This document shows positions 59,283 to 64,000 of a stretch of 64,000 nucleotides of DNA, piece by piece (positions within the stretch are counted from its first letter, which is position 1; each line of letters starts with the position of its first letter). The notes under the pieces were generated by a model that worked only from the letters and a program-made list of their open reading frames with translations, made no database searches and was not told the origin of the DNA. The DNA lies in assembly GCA_964518475.1 (NCBI GenBank), contig CAZFGR010000001.1, positions 160,001-224,000 on the forward strand, in the 5' to 3' direction. A program made the translations under genes and the position numbers. Source of the DNA: an uncultured Nitrososphaerota archaeon. GTDB taxonomy: Archaea; Asgardarchaeota; Njordarchaeia; Njordarchaeales; Njordarchaeaceae.

Positions 59283-59900
59283 TTACTTAATCAATATTAC
59301 TAAATATGCTATTTCCCCCGTGTCATCAATAACGAGCTGACCTAAAGATGCTAAGTCATTTAGAACAACCTTTAACACTTGTTTGTCAATCTCTAACATA
59401 TTTATTAACTCTTTGAAGGAAACCTTTTTTCTTTCTTTAAGAACATGTAATATTTTCTTCGCTACATCACTTTCAGCGGGTCTTTTAATAAAGATAACAT
59501 TATTCATTGATCCAATAACGCCTTTCTTATTTAAAGTCTTTAAAACTTCCCTTAAATCATTCTCACTTATTCCTAGCTTCGTCATGAGATTATTTATTAG
59601 TTCATCCTCTAATAACACGCCTCCTGACTCTTTTAAATTGTCAATAATTAGTTCTTGTAGAGTTTCCTCATTTGTCTTGTTTGTTTCAAGATTTCCAAAT
59701 TCTCTCTTAATATTTTCGAGGAGAGAAACTGCTTTGAATGGCACATAATTTCTTTTGAATAATCGTTCCTCTAACTGATTAAGATGCTTACGAATTAACT
59801 CTTTCTCAGCCCTAATTTCTTTATTAATTTTCTGTGATGTCCTTTCAAGCCATTGTTTTTTGCTCTCTCTTATGGCTTGATTATTCCTTCTCTTGTTCAC
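59283..59900 (-). CDS. Tandem winged-helix protein, ESCRT-II (Vps22/Vps36)-like
   Basis: N-terminal helix plus two wH units (SGGVLLEDEL...ISENDLREVLKTL); overlaps the ESCRT-III gene. Confidence 0.5.
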   Translation of the reverse strand: MNKRRNNQAIRESKKQWLERTSQKINKEIRAEKELIRKHLNQLEERLFKRNYVPFKAVSLLENIKREFGNLETNKTNEETLQELIIDNLKESGGVLLEDELINNLMTKLGISENDLREVLKTLNKKGVIGSMNNVIFIKRPAESDVAKKILHVLKERKKVSFKELINMLEIDKQVLKVVLNDLASLGQLVIDDTGEIAYLVILIK

Positions 59901-60432
59901 TTTCTAAAACCTCCTCTGAAGCCTCTTCTACAATTTCTGGTAACTCCTCCTTCAACATTTCTTCAGCAATACTCTCTGCCCGTTTAAGAAACTCCGCAAC
60001 TTCGTATTCACTGACACTTAAATCATGCTCATCCACAACTACTCCAACATTTCTTAATGCGTATTTTATTTGCTCTATTGCATCGATAAGTCCCACCTTA
60101 TTCAAAGATTTTTCAATAGATAACAAAGCTTTAGCTGCTGAAAGTAAGGCTTTTTCCGTTTCCCTAGCTAAATAAACGGATTCCAAATCTAACCTAACAG
60201 ATCTAAGTTTCGATAGGTATTTTCGTAACAGATTTTTTCTCTTTCTTATCATTAGGATATCTCTAGCATAATCTCTAGCCGCTTCCTCATCCTTATTCAA
60301 AATGGCTTCTACTAACTTCTCACGTAACTTTTTCTCCTCCAAATTCATTCTTTTAAGCGTGTTTTCCACTCTCTTTTCGAGAAATTTTAATGAAAAAACA
60401 GTATCCCCTACATTTTTTTTCAATATCTTCAC
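59881..60432 (-). CDS. ESCRT-III (Snf7/Vps2/CdvB-like) protein
   Basis: Basic helical hairpin with AARDYARDILMIRK...SKLRSVRLDLES and acidic tail. Confidence 0.8.
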   Translation of the reverse strand: MKILKKNVGDTVFSLKFLEKRVENTLKRMNLEEKKLREKLVEAILNKDEEAARDYARDILMIRKRKNLLRKYLSKLRSVRLDLESVYLARETEKALLSAAKALLSIEKSLNKVGLIDAIEQIKYALRNVGVVVDEHDLSVSEYEVAEFLKRAESIAEEMLKEELPEIVEEASEEVLESEQEKE

Positions 60433-60554
60433 CGTTAAGCTTTATTGAATGAGAAACTGCACCCCTACAAAGTATGTGTATTGATCGAAACTATTAAAAA
60501 CATCTAGTGAACTTGTTCATAAGTATTAACACTTGCCTAGGAAGGTTGCCTTCA

Positions 60555-60797
60555 ATGATAATCCCAGTTAGATGTTTTACCTGCGGGAAAGTCATTGGTC
60601 ATCTATGGGAAGAATACAAAAAGAGGATAGACGCGGGCGAGGATCCCGGCAAGGTACTTGATGAACTAGGTATTAAAAAAGAATGTTGCAGACGAATGTT
60701 TATCTCCCACATCGATATGATTGATGAGATAATCTTATATGAGTTAACACCCACTGCAAAAAGAAAGATACTAAAAAAGGAGGAGTCTAAGAAATGA
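60555..60797 (+). CDS. rpoN: RNA polymerase subunit Rpo10 (N)
   Basis: [12 protein letters not shown]...CCRRM. Confidence 0.97.
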   Translation: MIIPVRCFTCGKVIGHLWEEYKKRIDAGEDPGKVLDELGIKKECCRRMFISHIDMIDEIILYELTPTAKRKILKKEESKK

Positions 60798-61447
60798 GTG
60801 TTAGGAGAAAAGGAGTTTCGATCTCTGAGGAATTTGAAGAGATAGCTCCAAAGGAAGAAATGCTAGTTCCTATGAAGACATACATAAGATACGGAACTCA
60901 TATAGGAACCAATAAGAAGACAAAAGACATGGAACGCTTCATCTTTAAGCGCAAGGGAGGAGTCTACCTAATAAACATTGTAAAGACCGATGAAAGATTA
61001 CGATTAGCAGCGAGATTACTGGCAAAATATGAGCCTAATGAAGTGGCGGTATTCGGAAGCAGGTTGTATGCACAGAAACCAATTATAAAAATGGGTGAGT
61101 GGACAAAATTCACTATATTTCCGGGTCGTTATTTACCTGGAACACTCACAAATCCTGAACTAGTAACATATACGGAGCCAGAGATAATACTTGTCTCAGA
61201 TCCGATAAAGGAGAGACAAGCCATACAGGAAGCATTCATGATAGGAATCCCTGTGATCGCACTCTGTGATACTAATAATGTGCTATCGAATATAGATCTA
61301 GCAATACCTGCTAATAATAAGGGCAGGAAAAGTCTAGCACTGATCTTTTGGCTTTTAACAAACCAGGTGCTAAGAGAGAGAGGAGAACTCGGCAAAGATG
61401 AGACAATCAAAGAAACACCAGAGGACTTCATGATAATGCTTTCATAA
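60794..61447 (+). CDS. rps2: 30S ribosomal protein uS2
   Basis: [32 protein letters not shown]. Confidence 0.97.
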   Translation: MSVRRKGVSISEEFEEIAPKEEMLVPMKTYIRYGTHIGTNKKTKDMERFIFKRKGGVYLINIVKTDERLRLAARLLAKYEPNEVAVFGSRLYAQKPIIKMGEWTKFTIFPGRYLPGTLTNPELVTYTEPEIILVSDPIKERQAIQEAFMIGIPVIALCDTNNVLSNIDLAIPANNKGRKSLALIFWLLTNQVLRERGELGKDETIKETPEDFMIMLS

Positions 61448-61524
61448 GAAATAAATAGAGTTGAGCCATTAAGCTTATCTTTCAAAAGCCACTAAAGGGT
61501 TTATTCTAACTGAGGTGAAAAGAA

Positions 61525-62058
61525 ATGCCTACTAAACGTCCAGCTTACTGTTATAAAGTTCCTCCAAAAAAGCCGTATACTAGGAGGGAATACATCAAAT
61601 CGATCCCTCAGTCGGATATAAGGATATTTGAACTAGGTAATCCAAACTACAAATATGATTATGTTGTATTACTAGTTTCAGAGCAGAGAGCTATGATATT
61701 AGACAGAGCTCTAGAAGCCGCCAGAATCGCTGCAAACAGATTCCTTACGAAAAAAATTGGTCGAGGAAACTATTTCATGAGAATAAGACCATACCCCCAC
61801 CATATAATTCGTGAAACGAAATTCCTAGGTGTTGCTGGAGCCGACAGAATTCAACAGGGAATGCGAAAAGCTTTTGGCAAACCTGTAGATCGAGCAGCCA
61901 TTGTCCGCGTAAACCAGATAATTATGGAGATATGGGTAACTGCTGATGGTTTAGAATTAGCTAAAGAAGCTGCAAGGAGATCTGCTCATAAACTGGGAAT
62001 CGACCATAGGATAGAGATAAAGAAATTCGAGGAAATGTATCCAAAATTGGCGAGATAG
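61525..62058 (+). CDS. rpl10e: 50S ribosomal protein uL16 (L10e)
   Basis: RPAYCY, ALEAARIAAN, YPHHIIRE, AGADRIQQGMRKAFGKP. Confidence 0.97.
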   Translation: MPTKRPAYCYKVPPKKPYTRREYIKSIPQSDIRIFELGNPNYKYDYVVLLVSEQRAMILDRALEAARIAANRFLTKKIGRGNYFMRIRPYPHHIIRETKFLGVAGADRIQQGMRKAFGKPVDRAAIVRVNQIIMEIWVTADGLELAKEAARRSAHKLGIDHRIEIKKFEEMYPKLAR

Positions 62059-63273
62059 CTATCCCCGAGCCCCTGCTGCCACTATTTTTATTACATCTCT
62101 ATTCCTTAGTACATAATCTTCGGGTAGCTTCTTCTTTGAACGCACATCAATAGCGTATAGAAAAGTTTTTGCTAACTCTGTATGAATTAATGCAGCAAAT
62201 TCGCGAACAGTTGTTCCTTTCTTAACTAGGAACACGTCTGGTAAAACATTTCCTTTTTTGTCACTCAATCTATTGATATCCTCCACAGGATATACCGCTA
62301 TCATTTGCCCAACATCAAAAACCGCCTTATTTATCGCTTTCTGTACCCCAGTTCCTTTCCACTTTTCAAGCAATTCTTCTATTTTTTGAAAAAGTTTCTT
62401 CTCTCTTTCAGATAAAGCATTAGGCTTAAGTATCTCGAAATGATCGCTCCCTCTAACATATTTGATTATTCCTTTCTCAGCATACCTTACTAATGCTAAT
62501 TCTGCAAGCGCTGAGGCAGGAACTGCATCTATTCCCGAATCTAGCATTCTCTTAAAGTTTTCTTCGGCCACTGGGATATCAATCTTATTAGCAACTACGA
62601 CTATTGGTTTCGAAACCTCCCTTAACTTCCTAGCAAATTCATATAACTCTTCATCGCTCCATGATCTCGGTTTTTCCACATTAAGATCTAGCATCTCTAC
62701 CACTTTCTTGATGTGCTCTACTCTTATACCTAATCCAGATAATCTCTCAGCAAGAGCCTCCGCTAAATCTAATTTCTCGACCTCGATTCTTCTAGCCCAT
62801 CTCCCCCAATCTCTCTTTAATATCTGGAAAAACCATCGTGCTATTTCTTCCTCCAAGAAAGCAACATCTTTTAAAGGATCCCACATTCCCGGCTTTCCAA
62901 GAGGCCTTCCATCAGCGTCAAAAGAGCCAGAAGCGTCAACAATATGTAATAAGACGTCTGCTTGTCTTAAATCATCAAGAAATTTATTTCCAAGCCCACG
63001 ACCTTTCCAAGCATCTGGCACCAAGCCGGCTACATCAATCATTTTAACAGGTATATGCCTTATCCCTTCTATGCATAATGAGTTGCGAGGATTATCCTTT
63101 ACATTGAAATCTCTACAAACACATAATTGCGTAGCGAACGCCGTTCCAAGGTTAGGTTCGATCGTTGTGAATGGATAATCGGCTGTTTTCGCTTCAGAAG
63201 CGGTCGCTGCATTAAAGAATGTTGTCTTACCCGAATTAGGTTTTCCAACAATACCAATCAGCATTTCATCCAC
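62059..63273 (-). CDS. ychF: YchF/Obg-family translation-associated NTPase with TGS domain
   Basis: GKPNSGKTT, YPFTTIEPN, DVAGLV, GLGNKFL, NKID. Confidence 0.92.
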   Translation of the reverse strand: MDEMLIGIVGKPNSGKTTFFNAATASEAKTADYPFTTIEPNLGTAFATQLCVCRDFNVKDNPRNSLCIEGIRHIPVKMIDVAGLVPDAWKGRGLGNKFLDDLRQADVLLHIVDASGSFDADGRPLGKPGMWDPLKDVAFLEEEIARWFFQILKRDWGRWARRIEVEKLDLAEALAERLSGLGIRVEHIKKVVEMLDLNVEKPRSWSDEELYEFARKLREVSKPIVVVANKIDIPVAEENFKRMLDSGIDAVPASALAELALVRYAEKGIIKYVRGSDHFEILKPNALSEREKKLFQKIEELLEKWKGTGVQKAINKAVFDVGQMIAVYPVEDINRLSDKKGNVLPDVFLVKKGTTVREFAALIHTELAKTFLYAIDVRSKKKLPEDYVLRNRDVIKIVAAGARG

Positions 63274-63275
63274 CT

Positions 63276-63995
63276 TTAAATAATAACCCCTCTTGACTTG
63301 ATTAATCTTCTTACAGCGGGATTTTTACTCTCTAATTCTCTTAATACTGTATCGAAAGATTCATCAGGAGAAAGAACCCGCTTGATAAAAACTCCGGTTC
63401 TACCAATTTGATCTCTCCGGGTAAGGACGTATATCCTTTCTTTTACAATATCAATGGATATACCAAGCATCTTAGCAACTTCCTCTTCTCTCCCTATGAT
63501 AGAATATTCAACATGACCATCGTCTCTCGGTATTATTAGTACTAATCTCTTGTCAACTCCTGGTACTCTGTTTTTATAATTTCTCGCTCTTGCTAAGTCA
63601 ATAATCCCTCCAAACTTATAAAATTCCTGCTCCAAATTATTGAGCGGAGTTAAGGGAAATGTTATTATTGTCTCGGGATCTATGTAAATGTGGGCCTTTA
63701 TAGCATGGCGTGGCGTAGCTTGCACAATTTCTCGAGCATAAATTCTACCAAATGCCTCTTCGATAATATACTCTAAACGATATGCAGGTGGTGGAGTGAA
63801 TATTATGATGTCAATGTCGCTTGTCTTCTTTACATCCCCTCTAGCTAGTGATCCGTAAAGATAAGCTTTGATATTATTTTCATCAAGCAGTTCAAGAATT
63901 TTAACTGCTTTCTCTCGTTTTAGTCTTAATAATGTCCAATGTTCATCATCATAGATCACTCTTTTATACCAGTTTCTCAGAACTTTCTCTCGCAT
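63276..63995 (-). CDS. Archaeal nucleotidyltransferase-domain protein
   Basis: YGSLARGDV..SDIDI, RVPGVDKRL, GRTGVF. Confidence 0.85.
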   Translation of the reverse strand: MREKVLRNWYKRVIYDDEHWTLLRLKREKAVKILELLDENNIKAYLYGSLARGDVKKTSDIDIIIFTPPPAYRLEYIIEEAFGRIYAREIVQATPRHAIKAHIYIDPETIITFPLTPLNNLEQEFYKFGGIIDLARARNYKNRVPGVDKRLVLIIPRDDGHVEYSIIGREEEVAKMLGISIDIVKERIYVLTRRDQIGRTGVFIKRVLSPDESFDTVLRELESKNPAVRRLIKSRGVII

Positions 63996-64000
63996 TAGAA

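Noticed and set aside
1202-63178. Many short antisense or overlapping ORFs in the track (e.g. 2711-3166, 24907-25359, 62462-63178)
   Set aside because: Shadows of well-supported genes on the opposite strand or in another frame, with no motifs.
1-64000. CRISPR arrays, IS elements, integrases, rRNA genes, inteins in MCM/Lhr/DP1, homing endonucleases
   Set aside because: None seen by eye; protein lengths are normal and the introns are too short to encode ORFs.

Overview
Gene-dense, AT-rich archaeal chromosome segment. PolD DP1, MCM/GINS, an ESCRT-III/ESCRT-II-like pair, a roadblock protein, a longin-like small GTPase fusion and an alpha-solenoid protein point to an Asgard-type, probably thermophilic, lineage (inference). 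Most genes are housekeeping: ribosomal proteins uL3, uL4, uL23, uS9, uS7, uS12, eL30, uL2, eS6, uS2 and uL16, NusA, Rpo6/Rpo10, RNA-modification enzymes, porGDAB and a MoxR locus. The main signal is a set of tRNA-type bulge-helix-bulge (BHB) microintrons in essential protein-coding genes. uS12 has a 33-nt intron with an in-frame stop (12387-12419) and uL2 has a 47-nt frameshifting intron (45520-45566, minus strand). Cutting at the canonical EndA positions restores the conserved motifs GD|IPGV and AMN-ACDHP exactly. A tRNA-Lys(CUU) with two introns is also present. Both intron-bearing genes sit outside their canonical operon positions, and the uL2 intron is preceded by 82 consecutive codons with no T at the third position. 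Other notable items: a UFC1-like E2 enzyme coupled to a tandem Zn-finger gene, a LuxE-LuxC-SDR operon, two good box C/D sRNAs, and two small ORFs below the ORF-track cutoff. All family assignments come from motif recognition by eye; no searches were run.
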